From contig NC_068987.1 of NCBI RefSeq assembly GCF_001194135.2, positions 79,738,289 through 79,802,288 of the forward strand: a stretch of 64,000 nucleotides of DNA, given 5' to 3'. Positions within the stretch are counted from its first letter, which is position 1. Every line of letters starts with the position of its first letter. Shown here piece by piece: positions 38,495-52,968 of the stretch. The translations under genes and the position numbers were made by a program. A model generated the notes under the pieces. The model made no database searches and was not told where the DNA came from. It saw only the letters and a program-made list of their open reading frames with translations. This stretch comes from Octopus bimaculoides (Eukaryota).

Positions 38495-39400
38495 TGTATC
38501 GTTAATGGGAAACGTAAAAAACATTTCCCTAAAGACTTTCAAGAAAATACATTACACAGTTATAATGGTTATCACTTTACCGACGTCGAAATAATGGTTT
38601 TACATTTACAAAGTCTAATGTCGAATTAGGTAATCGTTTAGTAGAACCATATTCCTCCTCCTTCTTTTTAGTCAAATATGGAGGTCATTGTAATGTAGAG
38701 ATAAGTGAATCTGTAAAATCAGTTAAATATATAAGCAAATATATTCATGAAGGTCATGATCGGGTGACAGTCAATATTAGTGGACAAACCAATGCACGAC
38801 AAACACACAAAGTTAAAATTGAAAATTATATCAATGGGCACTATGGATCCTCATCAGAGGCAGTCTGGAGAATTTTAGGGTTCAAATTACATGGTTCATA
38901 TCCTGCAGTCCAACAGCTTACAGTTCATTTACCCCAACAGCAATACATTTACTTTAATGACGATGATGATATTGAACATGTTATCTACACACATGACGTC
39001 AACTCTCACTGAATGGATGCGAAATAACCGGGATTCACCAGCTAACACATTTTCACATACATTACACTATACCTCCTTGAATTTTACACATGAAATAACA
39101 GTGAGAAAATGTGGCATCTCAGGAAAAACTAATACACACTCAATTGGGCGTATTTACTTTATTTCACCAAAGGAACGAGCGATTCTATCTGGGAGCTTTA
39201 CAATATCGTATTCCCGGAGATTCATCATTTGAAGATATGAGGACTATTAATGGTGTAGTTTGCCATAGTTATAAAGAGGCTGCAATGAAACTGGGTTTAG
39301 TAACTGATGACGGTGAATGCTATCGGACTATGGAGTTTGCAAATATTTCAGCTACTCCATATCAGATGTGAGATTCTTCTCGATCAGGCGATCTACGAGC
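38495..39400 (+). mobile_element. Helitron RepHel fragment (end of Rep through linker), pseudogenised
   Basis: CIVNGKRKKHFPKDF, YRRRNNG, NRLVEPY, KYGGHCNVE..SVKSVKYISKYIHEGHD, SSSEAVWRILGF, QQLTVHLP and SFEDMRTINGVVCHSYKEAAMKLGL are hallmark Helitron motifs; several frameshifts. Confidence 0.92.
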
Positions 39401-41949
39401 GCAAATCAGTCAATGTGTTCGCTGAATTATATATAGTTATAAGCTCTGTCAGTTCGTTCTGGGTTGGCTCTCTCAGGTACAACTGATCGACAAGAGTCAA
39501 CAAACTCGAAATATCACATTCCCAAAAGAGGGCGACACCTTTTTACGATAAGAGAGAATTTTTTCTCCACGGTAACTGCAGTGTATTTGCCTTTAGCAGT
39601 TGAAAAATGTGACAAACATATTTCAACAAACCTAAATTGTGATTATATGTGTGTATATATATATGTATATATATATATATATATATATNNNNNNNNNNNN
39701 NNNNNNNNNNNNNNNNNNNNNNNNNNNNNNNNNNNNNNNNNNNNNNNNNNNNNNNNNNNNNNNNNGATAAGAGAGAATTTTTTCTCCACGGTAACTGCAG
39801 TGTATTTGCCTTTAGCAGTTGAAAAATGTGACAAACATATTTCAACAAACCTAAATTGTGATTATATGTGTGTATATATATATGTATATATATCTGTATA
39901 TAATACAAAGAATATATATACATGTATACACACATATATGTACATACTTACATCTACATGTGTATATATATGCATATCAGGGTACAGGACGTTAGAAAAC
40001 GCTCGGGAATACAGAAAGTTTTTAACGTTTTGAGTTATGCTCTTCAACAGAAAGAATACAGAGAACAGGAGAAAAACACGGAGAAAAAAATTTGATTGTT
40101 TTGGTCAGCGATCTATCATGGCGACTGCGGACAGAAAGTTCACGCAGGAGAGCTAAGAAAAAGCGGAGATAACAAAAGGGGAAAGAAACGGTGACCCAAA
40201 TACGAGGAGCTGTGTGTGTGTATGAGAGAGAGAATGCTGGTGATCTTGACGTATGTATTTGTGTATGTAGGTGTGAAAAATGGGGAGGGGAGAAATGAGT
40301 TGGTCAGTTGTAGTGTGTGTGTGTGGTGTGTGTTGTGAAGTGATGTGTGGTGTGATGTTAGGGTGTTGGGAGGTGGGAAAGGCGAAGGCGGGGGAGGCGA
40401 GAGTAGGGAAAGCATGGGTGTGTGTGCGCGCGCTGGAACGAATTTGTATTTTCTCAATCCCCTCACGTGTTATCCGTTTCTATAAAAATACAAACACTAG
40501 ATTTCTCTCACTGGAAAAATGTTATGAATTTCTAGGAAAGGGGTTCATTTGATTTAATCACCCCCAGCACATTACTTGTAATCATTTATGAATGCTAGTG
40601 GGGTGCATTATCTAGACGACCGTGATAGCTTTTAGGAGGAAACAGAAAGAACGTAACTAATTTTGACAAAACGTTTCCTCATCTTCTGTCACTTCAACTA
40701 AACCTCCATTTTGAATCTTAATATTCTATTCATTAATCGTGTAGGACTCATATGTGGAGATTTGGAATTAAAGTTAAAATTCTCTACGTTTATAAAAATT
40801 GTATGAAGTTTATTCGTTGAGGGAAGTTATTTAAAATAAACGACTTACGATGTTAATTATGAAGTTTATTTATCATATATTCAGGTATAATCTATGACAC
40901 ATTCCTTCTCGTTATGAATGCTGTATATTCTATAGCATGTTTCGGAGCTTTCTATGCCGAGTATTATCACATACATTTATTATTATATAGCAAAATGGCC
41001 TTGCACATACGTTAGAAATCATTATTATAAAGCAAAACTTATTCATATTAAAAATATGCCTTAAAATTTGAAGTTTATCCGCCCGAAGGCAATTAACGAC
41101 AAATTATCATGATTCGTAGTATTTTTGGATTAAAGGAAGATTCTACTTACGAAATTATTGCGACATAAATTATTGAATAGCTGGGTGTATAGATTAAAAC
41201 ACACTTTATTTCCTAGGATAGACACACGAATTGATAGTTTGTGCTTGCCTTTGTCGGGTATAAATAGGTTTGGAGATGTATTTATATGAGCTACATTTGT
41301 AGTGCTTTTTTTTTTTACCACATTTTCCTTTTTATCAATAAACAGAATATTCATAAAATAAGTAAAGCTACGTATATTGAATGCAATCGTAAATGAATGA
41401 ACCAGAAACTGAAAATAAAAATAGTTTTTTTTATTTTTTATATTTTGTATACACATGAATCGCTGTTGATTCATTCTCAGAAAGCCGACGGAATGCTTCA
41501 GTAGAAACCACAAAGTTTAAGGTTCATATCTTATTATCGGCGCCACATTAAACTTGCGAGCAAAATGCACAATTCTCATATCGCACTTTTCACTTCGCTA
41601 TATTTAAATACTATACAATATAAAAATATGGTTAAAAGAGAGACTATTTCGTTGATTTGATATGCAATGTTCAACCTCAATTGTTAGTAATAATTAATAT
41701 TATTTCCTGTTCATGATCATTCCTCATGAAAATTATGAAGTCAAAGAGTTCTGTCGAACATATCACTCCAAAGAGACGTCCAACCTTCATTGAATACCTA
41801 AGGTGAAAGTGAACAGGAATATTTGAGTAATCGACTTTTGAAAGCTTACGTTAAAAGGAATTTTCGAATGAAGCTCCTGTGATTTATCACATGAAACCGA
41901 AGGATTTGCATCAGAGTGTCCCTCTCATAGACGGATGCTATGATGTCCA

Positions 41950-42110
41950 GGGCACAAATGAAAACTGCATCCGGCAGAGGGGCTCTGCCTCGGGAGTTCC
42001 AGAATTTTGAGGAATGTGGAACCACCTCTTAACCACTATTGTTCCCTGGTTTATTCTGACCCTGAGCAGTAGCCCCTGTCAGGTTCCTTGCTGTGAAATT
42101 CTCACTTTTA
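41950..42110 (+). repeat. Degraded interspersed repeat (possibly LINE-derived)
   Basis: TTTTGAGGAATGTGGAACCACC...CCCTGGTTTATTCTGACCCTGAGCAGTAGCCCCTGTCAGG resembles an abundant octopod repeat as I recall it; single copy in this window. Confidence 0.3.
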
Positions 42111-42199
42111 AGTTTATCTCTACAGATTCTCTATAGAAATTCGGTGCCTGCATAAATGAGAACATCTCACTGCTAATACAAATATAAGGTAAAATATAG

Positions 42200-42305
42200 G
42201 CTTGGGTCTATCGTAGAAAACACTTGCGCAAGGTTCTTCCCCGTAGGACTGAACCCTAAACCACGTAGCTGCCAAAGCAGCTTCGAAACCAAAAGGCCAT
42301 TCCTA
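42200..42305 (-). mobile_element. SINE family C head, degraded
   Basis: TAGAAAACACTTGCGCAAGGT...GGACTGAACC reverse CORE and B-box. Confidence 0.65.
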
Positions 42306-42681
42306 CTCCTAAATAGAAAAACTACAGATGTCTAGTTATGAAAATTTCTTCATATCTAGAAATGTAATTTAAAACCTGCAGGGAGTTTGAACGCCTAACT
42401 TAATGGTTCAACACATTACCCCTTTCAGCTATCTTAGGTTCTAAGCTTACATAGCAAAACTTGAATTTTGATTTTCACATTAGTATTGCTTATTGTAGTC
42501 GAACGTTCTAAACAGACCGAGTCAGTCTATTGGTTTTGATTCTTAATAACAACTGTTTCACTTTGGCTGCTAAAACCTTTGAGAAAGACATTGATGATCC
42601 AGCACCTTTCCACTACATGTCTGTTATAATCTCGAGGAATACTGAAGACATGAAATGTCAATATCATTCAATCCCTCAAAG

Positions 42682-42895
42682 GAGGGCGAGCTGAAATAAT
42701 TGAAAGAATCATTCGGGTAAAATGCTTTGCGGAATTTCGTCCGTCTTTACGTTCTGAGTTCAAATTCCGTTGAAGTCAACTTTCATCTTTTCCCGGTCGA
42801 TAAAATAAGTACCAGTTGAGCACTAGGGTTGATGCAATCGAATTTCTGCTGCCACGGAAATTTCAGGCCTTGTGCCAAAAGTTGAAATCAATATT
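42682..42895 (+). mobile_element. SINE-B monomer
   Basis: CGTTCTGAGTTCAAATTCC, GGTCGATAAAATAAGTACCAG, GGCCTTGTGCC tail. Confidence 0.85.
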
Positions 42896-43101
42896 ATTCA
42901 ATCCATCTCTGTATTTATTATCTGATAAAATGGTAAATATTATAAGGTTGATTGGTATGTGGAAAAAACGGTAATAAGAGATTAAGATGATAATTTCTTC
43001 TCGAACTCAGAGACGTCGTAAGAACAGCAGAAACATTGGGTAAATTACCTTTACAAAGCGGGAAAATATGTCAACAACCAGCTATANNNNNNNNNNNNNN
43101 N

Positions 43102-43135
<34 letters not shown>

Positions 43136-43137
<2 letters not shown>

Positions 43138-43636
43138 TTGTATTTATATGCCTTTTAGAAATGTTGATGAAGATAACTTCATAAGAAACAACCAGAATGG
43201 AACTACCCACCCCAGATCAATGTTCTATATGATAGTTAAACACCCAACATTATTTAAATGCTATTTGGCTTTACACTGTTCAATCCATACAAAATTTCCA
43301 TTGCATGTCATCATTCTAGGTGGAGTGGAGGCGATAAATTTAACACCAGTCCAGTATTTGAATCGAAAAAATTCGTCTAAATCCAACCATGCCTACAGAA
43401 TTCCTTATATTAAGCAATGTACAAAACCTGTGGTTTATATATATTATAGATTAAACTTATATCGTAGGATAGAAAAAAATTCAAAGTTAAGTAGGGGGAT
43501 ATTTTTGTTTAAATAAGTGTTCAATTTTTCTACATGAGTATTTATAAAAAATGAAGAACAAGATGAACAGAATAAGCCATGAGGAAGTTTTAGACTGAAG
43601 ACCTGAATAAATCACACAAATTTACACACACACACA

Positions 43637-43709
<73 letters not shown>

Positions 43710-44160
43710 GCATACAAATACATACATACATTTTTGTATTTATATGCCTTCTAGAAATGTTGATGAAGTTAACTTCTTAAGAGCCAACCTGAATGGAAGT
43801 AGCTACCCCAGGCGAATGTTGCATAGGTTTGGTGAAAATGATAGACAGGTGGTCAGTTGTAGGGGAGGTGTTATAAAAGAACACTCTCCAGCTGTTATTG
43901 ACATAGCATGTCGTTGCAAATCTAAATATCCAGGGATTTCACTTTTCTGTTCTTTATCTATCATCAAACTATTTGTTTCCCCATGGTCAAACTCGAGCCA
44001 GACAAGCCAGTGTCCGGTTTATAAACACCTTTCTTGTTAAAAGAAATCTGATCAGCTCAGAATATTTACAAATTTTCTTTCATGTCAATGATTTAATAGA
44101 AGCAAATTTGACTGTAAATAAGTTTATTCCAATCGTGAGTGCTCCGTCTTTGTAACTTGA
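43136..44160 (+). mobile_element. Possible Penelope-like remnant with an internal ~95-bp duplication
   Basis: EVNFLRANLNGSSYPRRML, RIPYIK and FGENDRQ...IKEHSPAVI loosely fit PLE post-RT and GIY-YIG patterns; 43136-43230 repeated at 43732-43826. Confidence 0.3.
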
Positions 44161-45941
44161 AATTCGACCAATTCATGTAAATATTCAGTACATATAAAAC
44201 CTCTTGGGACAAGTGGACACATAACTGACCACTGCTATAAAAGATAAGAATTATGATTGCGTATCAGAGTTTCGTCTTTCTTAAGATGGTTGCGGGAGAT
44301 TACAGATGGGAATGGTATCTGATGGGATTTTAATGCTGCAATTTTTTTTTATTCGTTTATTTCTATTCTATTTATTTTCTATTTATTTATGATTATATCG
44401 AAAATTTGTCAACACAGTAATTATATGAAGAAAGCTGTTAGGCTTTAAGAAGTGTACTGGGTCAGTAACAAAACGGACAATAACCTCTGGATGCTATGAA
44501 ACACGTGCTGCAGGCTTCAACCAACCGAGTGTAAAATTTCCAACGCAGCCAAATGCCCGCCAGGAAGAATCTTTGTTGAAGCTAGATCCCTGCTTCTTTC
44601 GATGCTACAAGTACAAAGAGATACAGCAAGGAAGTTCCAGTTGAAGGTCTGGAAGTCAATAACGTTATTGTAAACTTTGTATTGTAACTTCTTTACAAAG
44701 AAACTAAAAACTGAACATGTATATCATCAGTCAGTGGCTGGCTTCGAGTATTTAATTAGACAGATGACTAACGTATATTATTATCCTCGGTATTACTGAA
44801 TAGAACATATAGCTACCATCACTCATATATGAAGAGACAATTCATCTCTCTCGTCTCAATTTTCGTAGCAAAATATGTATCTCTTACACATAAAACTGCA
44901 AATGTTTGTTAATATTTTCTTTACGCTAAGGGCGACGGATTAAATGAATCATAAAAAGAATCGAACAGAAATAATGCCTTGCGGTATTTTGATACGATAC
45001 TATACGTTCGTAGTTCAAATTCCGCAAAGATCACGTTTGCTTTAATCTTTCTTCTATTCAGAAAATAAAATCCCAGCCAAATACTTTGAATGACTTGATG
45101 GATCGATAGTCATATACCCAAAGTGAGGTCTTGTGTCTAAGTTAAATACAAACGTTTGGTTAAGAAACCGTTCTGTTCATCAAGTACTCTTAATCTTTGG
45201 AGCCTCAATGAAATATGCCCAACAGTATATAATTCCACCCTTTACGTTCTGAGTTCACATCTCATCGTGATCAAATTAATTTTTCATTCTCTCGAAAGAA
45301 GAAGACACTTGTCACGCACCGGTGTGTTGGAGTCGGTAAAATGATGTACTACTCAAATACTAGACTCAATTTATTTGGCATTTTTCTCCTAGCCATCAAA
45401 TTTCAGGTATTTACCTACCATAGAAAAAAATATTTACATCGGTTAGGAAATTTGATTCAAGCAAATGAGTGAGGGAATTGCTCAAGTACGCGTGCGGCAC
45501 GAAAACATAATAGTTAAGTGTGTCTTCGCAAATTATTGCTGTACCCCGATGACATTTCCTTAATTAAAGACATGCTTATTTTATTGACTATTTTCTTCAG
45601 AAAAAGCTGGGGAGACAATCTCGAAATTTTAATTAAGTAAAATTAATTAAGTTAAATCACCGTGTATAATACGCATTCAGTTTACTTCCGAGTTAAAATT
45701 GAAATTAGGGGCACATTTACTGAAGGATCACCTGATACATTGAAGAGGAGTAGGAAATTAATTTTTACAGGAAAAAGGGAGTCGTAACTTTCACCTATAG
45801 TTTTTAAACCGCCATCAGTGAAATTTATGTCCCCATTTTCCTTGTAAAAAAACAAAAACCCTTTTAACTTACATTTTTTCAACTCATAATTTCACCACGT
45901 GTTGTTTACTGAATCTCCAGTATTCTTGCTACTTATATTTA

Positions 45942-46003
<62 letters not shown>

Positions 46004-46149
46004 TATTGTTGCTATGACGGATCTTCATATAACCTTTCAAAAACGCACATCCATAAGAGATGTGATCTCTGAACAAATACCGTAGTAGGTGGCCTAGCAT
46101 TGGTGTATATATATACACCCGCACATACACACAAACACACACACTCATA

Positions 46150-46283
46150 CAGTCATTTGACTGCGACCATGCTGGAGCACCGACTTGAATGATTTTAGTT
46201 GACCAAATCGGTCCCAGGACTTATTTTGCATTCAGTCTAGTACCTATTCTATCGGTTCGTTTTGTTGAACCGCTAGATAACGA

Positions 46284-46290
<7 letters not shown>
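46150..46290 (-). mobile_element. SINE family C 3' half
   Basis: Reverse of GGTGCTCCAGCATGGTCGCAGTCAAATGAC tail and CGATAGAATAGGTAC body. Confidence 0.8.
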
Positions 46291-46320
<30 letters not shown>

Positions 46321-47214
46321 TATATATATATATACGTGTGAATGCGTGTGTGATTGAATAAAAGGGTTTCATTCAGTAATGTTGCCTAGATTAGGAACCA
46401 TTGAAATCGAAATTATAATATTACGGATGTTATACAAATCCTCACATGGTCGATGGAGTGCAGTCCCCAACACAACCCCAAGAGTACTAACGCAAGGAAA
46501 CATTGAACTCACGACTAACTATTTGTAGGCGAGTATTTTATCCTCTCGACTATTTCTTCTGAATAAGATTTACCAAATTTCTGTTCGTCGAAAAGAAAAA
46601 AAAAAAAAAAAATCCAAATAACCTTAATGTTTGCTTCATATGGTTATGTGCGTGGTTACAACATGAAGTTAATTTTCTGTGTATACACGAAATATTCCCA
46701 AAGGAGGTCATTTGAAAAATATGTGAAATCCGTTAGTCAAAGAATTGTGTACATAATTTATTTTTTCATCAAAAGACGCATTAACTGGAATTTTGCAACA
46801 AGACGAAATATTTCTACAAATATTAGGGACAAGCGTTCACTAGAAACAGATCCAAAAATAGATCGAACGTACTCCTTGAAGAATCGAAGTCAAGATTAGC
46901 ATTGCTCATATCCTTCGGCAGTTTAGACATCAAATTATAGCTTTGGAACAGCTGAAGATGTTCTTAGTTATCGTCGCAGGGATTCGAGATCTTCTCTTGG
47001 AAAAGCAGAATTATTGTGAGACGAGAAAATATCAATTAAGCTGAGAGGTCCTGGCGTGAATGTATGATTAGTAATCATTGATCGCAACTGAAGGTCAACG
47101 TGATGCTGTGCAAGATACACAGCAGTAAGGAAATAGAGACTTACTGCCAACTAAATCATGCAATTACAGGTTCACTCCGTATCGAAGTATTTCTCTGTCA
47201 TATTATCATTTTGT

Positions 47215-47259
<45 letters not shown>

Positions 47260-47307
47260 ATATATATATATTTATACCTGTCTGTCTATCTATCTATCTA
47301 TCTACCA

Positions 47308-47340
<33 letters not shown>

Positions 47341-47700
47341 ATCTATCTAACTTTCTACCTATCTTTATTGCTGTCTCTTAATTTTCTGCTTAACAATATA
47401 GCAAGTGTGCGTGTGCAGATACAACATATAATTGTACAGGTGTATGTATAAAATTAATTTAACACCTATTTAGCATTTCATCTTAATATCTATCTCATAT
47501 CAGTTGAATACATGAACTACATTATCAATTATACATACATACATAAACATGCATACACACACGCACGCATGTATCCATGTATGTTTGTATACCTATAAAT
47601 ATATATTGTGTATGGATGTACACAGTCATATAGCTACATATGTATATTTGCATGTCTCTTTATATATGGATATATGTGTATATATGCCTATATCTATCTA

Positions 47701-47747
<47 letters not shown>

Positions 47748-47905
47748 NNNNNNNNNNNNNNNNNNNNNNNNNNNNNNNNNNNNNNNNNNNNNNNNNNNNN
47801 NNNNNNNNNNNNNNNNNNNNNNNNNNNNNNNNNNNNNNNNNNNNNNNNNNNNNNNNNNNNNNNNNNNNNNNNNNNNNNNNNNNNNNNNNNNNNNNNNNNN
47901 NNNNN

Positions 47906-47936
<31 letters not shown>

Positions 47937-48684
47937 ATAGATAGATAGATAAATAGGTAGACAGATCGATACATATGTATATGTATAAACATATGTGTGT
48001 ATGTTTATATCTATATATGTATATATTTTTCTATGTATAATGATGTGTATATGTACGCTTGTATATTTGCTTGAGATTCTATAGACATCCACCATATTCA
48101 CTAAAACTGTCCTGGATCTATACGAATTATTCACTATCCACCACATGAGTCTATGCAAATGAATATAACTTATATATGCTTGTGTATGTGTATGTGTATT
48201 TATATAAGTGTGTGTGTTACTTTCTGAAAGTAACTTTCATACATAGTGTGATATGTGATGTAAAGGAGTGGTTTTGACTTCCATGCATTCACTGAATGCG
48301 TTTGGCAAAACATATCGGAAATGGCGTCGCTGGGAGACGAACGGATTTATTTCTGCACTTCGGCTTATATAATAAATACGTCAACACGCGCAATGAACAT
48401 GAACACATTCTTTGTTTGTCTTTCCACTCTAGACTCCCTCCATCTATTCACACTTGTGTATAGAGGTACAAAATGTGAGATTATGAAAAAAAATTGTTAA
48501 TCGATGTCAACTGCTAAATGTAAACAAACCTGCACGTCACATCTAAGGTCTTTTGGTTCGCGTAACACTGTCTGAAACATTGCTAATTTTAAAAGAATTT
48601 ATCTTACAGCTTATGTATGTAGCACAAACTGCGAGCATCTATGTGTGTATGCAATTGTATGTATGTACGTTTGTATGCTATTCT

Positions 48685-48792
48685 ACAGCTTTATTTCAAG
48701 ATTTCTTGCTAATAGAGAAAGAGCCGGATTCTAACCTAGATTCAAGGCTCCTTCATTGGAAGTTCAACATCAACATCAAGGTATTTTTGTTT
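48685..48792 (-). repeat. Short repeat, inverse copy of 13885-14000
   Basis: Direct sequence match; flanked by GTAT repeats. Confidence 0.75.
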
Positions 48793-49119
48793 GTATGTAT
48801 ATTTGCAGATTAGTATGTTTTGCCTTATGAGGGGTGCACAAAACCTCTCACTTTACTTTTGAAAATCTTTTTACATATTTGAAACCGGTTAAGTTAATAA
48901 ATGCTTTTAAAAGACTCCTACATTTTCAGATTCTTTCCCTTATATACATAGATGTGTGTGTGTGTGTGTGTGCGTGTGTGTTTATGTGTGTAACTGTGTG
49001 TGGGTGTAAATACTCTCTCACAAGGATCGTAGTAGTCATGCGTCTAAGTTTCAGTCCTTCTGACTGATTTCCTCGTTTAATTTGCTCGTTTCTTTAACAA
49101 TGTCTTTCTTATGCCAATC

Positions 49120-49261
49120 ATCTTCATAATCGTTGTCATCATCATTCTCATCAACATCATCATCATCATAATCATCATCACCATCATCATCATCATTCTC
49201 ATCAACATCACAACCAGCAAGAGTATCAACATTTCCCTCCACCTCTACCCCTCTTCCTCCT

Positions 49262-49316
<55 letters not shown>

Positions 49317-49330
49317 CACTACTACTTTTT
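49120..49330. repeat. (CAT)n and (TAC)n compound microsatellite
   Basis: Direct runs. Confidence 0.95.
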
Positions 49331-50034
49331 CTTCGTCTTCTATATTAATTATCTTTCGCCTTCCATTCTATTTTCCTCCAAACACTACGGACATTCCTGC
49401 TCTGATGACACCAATGAAAATGTTCATATTGTATCTATTCTCAACTATTAATATAAAGTAATTAATTTGTAGAAGTCGTCGTGAGCGTGTAGTTTTCACG
49501 AACGTGGAAAAGAGGGAGGTTTGCACAAAAATATCTTCGAGTCGGATTCAATCGAAATATTTACGATAAGTGAAAATGAATTTCAATTGGATCAAGAATT
49601 CCGGAACCCTTAGTAGTGGCCATTTAAAACGGCATCATTTTCTCATTCTCTATTTGTTTTTTTGTTTTTTTTTTTCTTCCTTCTGTAAATAGCGTTCCAT
49701 TTCTTCTTTAGAATAAAACGCCTCTTTCTCAAAATGCTTGATATGTTAGACTGCATCAGCTAAAACGAAATACGATAGAAAATGCTTCCTCCCAAATATG
49801 TAATTATATACGTCTTGTATTCGTGCACAGCTTATCGCCAATGAAATTTATACGATCTATAATAGTGTCATTAAATTTCGGTTGACACGAATGAATATTT
49901 ATTCCGACTATCATCCGAAAACATTATCTTAACGAATTGCTTCCGATTGTTATCGAGAAGGCAAAAATCTAGACAATTTGTATTCATTCAATTTTCAACC
50001 ACCTACTTCCTACCCGCTCGCTCTATTTCTCTCC

Positions 50035-50037
<3 letters not shown>

Positions 50038-50124
<87 letters not shown>
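50038..50124. repeat. Long near-perfect (TG)n
   Basis: About 43 units. Confidence 0.98.
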
Positions 50125-50128
<4 letters not shown>

Positions 50129-50293
50129 ACATACACATGTATATATACGCTTATTTATATACATACATATATTCTATATGTGTGTGTTTGGGTGTATGTG
50201 TGTGCATTTACGCATATATAAGTGGGTGTGAATACATGATTTTTTTGTATCCTCTTCTCACGCAAGCAAAAGCACAGAACAACAAACAGTCAG

Positions 50294-50333
<40 letters not shown>

Positions 50334-50699
50334 GTACACACACACACACACGCGCACATACACAACATACACGTATATCAATGTAAGAAAACCTGTATGG
50401 TTAAATGGTTAAGATGCTCGATTCGTTACTATGTGGTCTCAGATTCAGTCAATTAAAAGACATTTTGTGCAAGTGTCTTCAAAAACTACGGATAAAACAA
50501 CTACTAGTAAGCAAAATTGATGACCTGTGGTCATAAGTGTTCCAGCCACTTCTATACCGCCCTCTGATCAAACAGAACTGCTGTAAAGCATATTACTGTT
50601 TTGACAAGTGAAATTTTAGACTACCTTTATATATTCCTGATAGCAACAGCTTCTATATGAGATCTAAATCATCTACATGCTCGAATCAAGTGGTCTTGG

Positions 50700-50768
50700 T
50701 TCGTTTTGGACATTACTCTGACTATGGCAGCTTCCATAAAATCTTTGGTGTTAAGGACGTGTTCGTTG

Positions 50769-50812
<44 letters not shown>

Positions 50813-51615
50813 TGACCTCTCCACACGTAATAGTCCAATGGATTGAGAACTGGGGAATTAGTAGACAAAATGTTAGGGGTTATGTAATCATGAAAACTTT
50901 CAGCCATCCGTTCTTGTGTTGCTAGAACTATGTGTGATAGTGAACAGTCTTACAGAAACATATATGGCCTTCCATTGCATACACTGTCTATCCAGGGCGA
51001 AACAATTATTTCCAGGGCCTCAGCGTAGGTGGCAGATTTAACTCTAATGCTTTGAGAACGAAGTAAGGAGGCATCACACGGCCTTCATTGCTGACAACCC
51101 CTAAAACCATGACAGTTGCAGGAAATTTTGTATGCATAACACCTGGAACTTCAGAAGGGCCTGCACATAACCATCTGCTATTTCTTAGTTTTTCGCGTTT
51201 GAGAAAAACCAAATCAAATCTTCTTCTGCTGGAATTTTCAGTTTGTTTAAGACCCTTTTAGAACTGATGTAGTGATTTTCATTTGCTTTTTCTGACAAAC
51301 TGACCTTTCCTCATCACATAGGACTTATATATTTTGTCTTCGTGGACAATATTTCTCACTGTTCCTTCTGACACATGGAGATCGTTTGCAATTGACTTCA
51401 TGGACTTTCTGGGATAGTAATCAATAGTCTGTTTAACTTGCTGGATAAATTCAGGGTGTTCTGGTAATTTCAAAGCATTTAGAATGCTTTTTATGCTTTG
51501 TTACTGGTGATACGTTTCCATCTACAGTTTCTAGCTCCTTACAAATCTTTTTAGACGAAAGATCTGGCAAATTTTAAAAATCGAGATATTTCTAAATCGA
51601 TATGAACAGCCTGTA
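50700..51615 (-). mobile_element. Tc1/mariner transposase remnant, maT/DD37D-like
   Basis: IQQVKQTIDYYPRKSMKSIANDLHVSEGTVRNIVHED (HTH), VMHTKFPATVMVLGVVSNEGRVMPPYF, NSPVLNPLDYYVW; TA-CAGGCTGTTC end at 51613-51615 on minus. Confidence 0.88.
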
Positions 51616-52309
51616 TAACCACAATAACAGCATGTCTCTTCATTACTTGATTAAGCTGATGGTCTGCCATTATTATTTTCTGAAACAAAGATTATACAGA
51701 GTTAGCAAAAAATGCAGCAATGACCCAAAAATTGTATATCCTAAAATACCTTACGCACCCGGTATATATAGATGAACGAACGATCATGCAGTTAAAAAAA
51801 TTCATTAAAGAAACATGATCACTGTGAAGGTTACCCTTTTGATCGTGTACTTCCGCGATCAGTGTTGACCTGACGTTCAGTAACAATAGCAACAACAGGA
51901 CGAACAGCAACAACAACAACAACAACATGATGGCAGTTATTCTTTTACTGATTGTTCATTGTATTTCGATGTGGATTCATTTAAATGTATTTTGTGTTTT
52001 ATTGAATATGTATAATAAATATCGAAAATTATGACCAGTAATTGTTACCAGCAGTCGTCTATCATGCTCCCATACGTAATCTTTGTAATATATGACAGCA
52101 TATCTTTAACAATGTAGCTGGTTATCGCATAAGGTATTGAATATCTGAATGGTCACATTAACAGAGTATCCAGTCATATTAATATAAAACCAGTTTCACT
52201 TTATTTCCTTGCATATAAAATTCTTTTCAATTTTCGTTTGTATAACTTCTTCCTTTCAATGAATATATTTGCCTGAATTTCTGCTCTTTCTCAGCGTTAG
52301 TCATTCGCT

Positions 52310-52312
52310 CCC

Positions 52313-52404
<92 letters not shown>

Positions 52405-52752
52405 GTCTTCCTTTGTTTCTCTCTTGCTATCTTTCCGTTACTTTATCTATTTCTCTCTCTTTCTCTAGCTTGCATTCTATCCCTATCTCACTCTCACTTT
52501 CATTCTTACTCTGTCCCTATCTCTTCCATCCACAAAGTGTTCCATAACTAAAATAAATACACCTCTATCAGTGTTTCTCCACTTTTATTATTCACTCTTA
52601 CCCGTTATCTCTAATCTCTACCTACTCTCTATATTTTTCTCTTTCGATCTCTCTCCCTTTCACTATATCTATCTATCTATCTATCTCTCTATCTACCTAT
52701 TTATTTTTCTATCTATCTACCTACCTACCTACCTATTTATTTTTTCTATCTA

Positions 52753-52827
<75 letters not shown>

Positions 52828-52836
52828 GTCTGTTTT

Positions 52837-52877
<41 letters not shown>

Positions 52878-52936
52878 TTATATATCTATTTATTTTTCTA
52901 TCTATTTATCAATTTATCTATCTATTTTTCTTTCTT

Positions 52937-52968
<32 letters not shown>

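Noticed and set aside
39547-39890. ~140-bp exact direct repeat
   Set aside because: The two copies flank an N gap and are identical: overlapping contig ends, most likely an assembly artefact
41130-41513. 127-aa minus-strand ORF ending near a GTAAGT
   Set aside because: Low-complexity AT-rich composition, weak acceptor, no recognisable homology
44430-44720. Weak RT-like peptide (KSITLL*TLYC)
   Set aside because: Too degraded to assign
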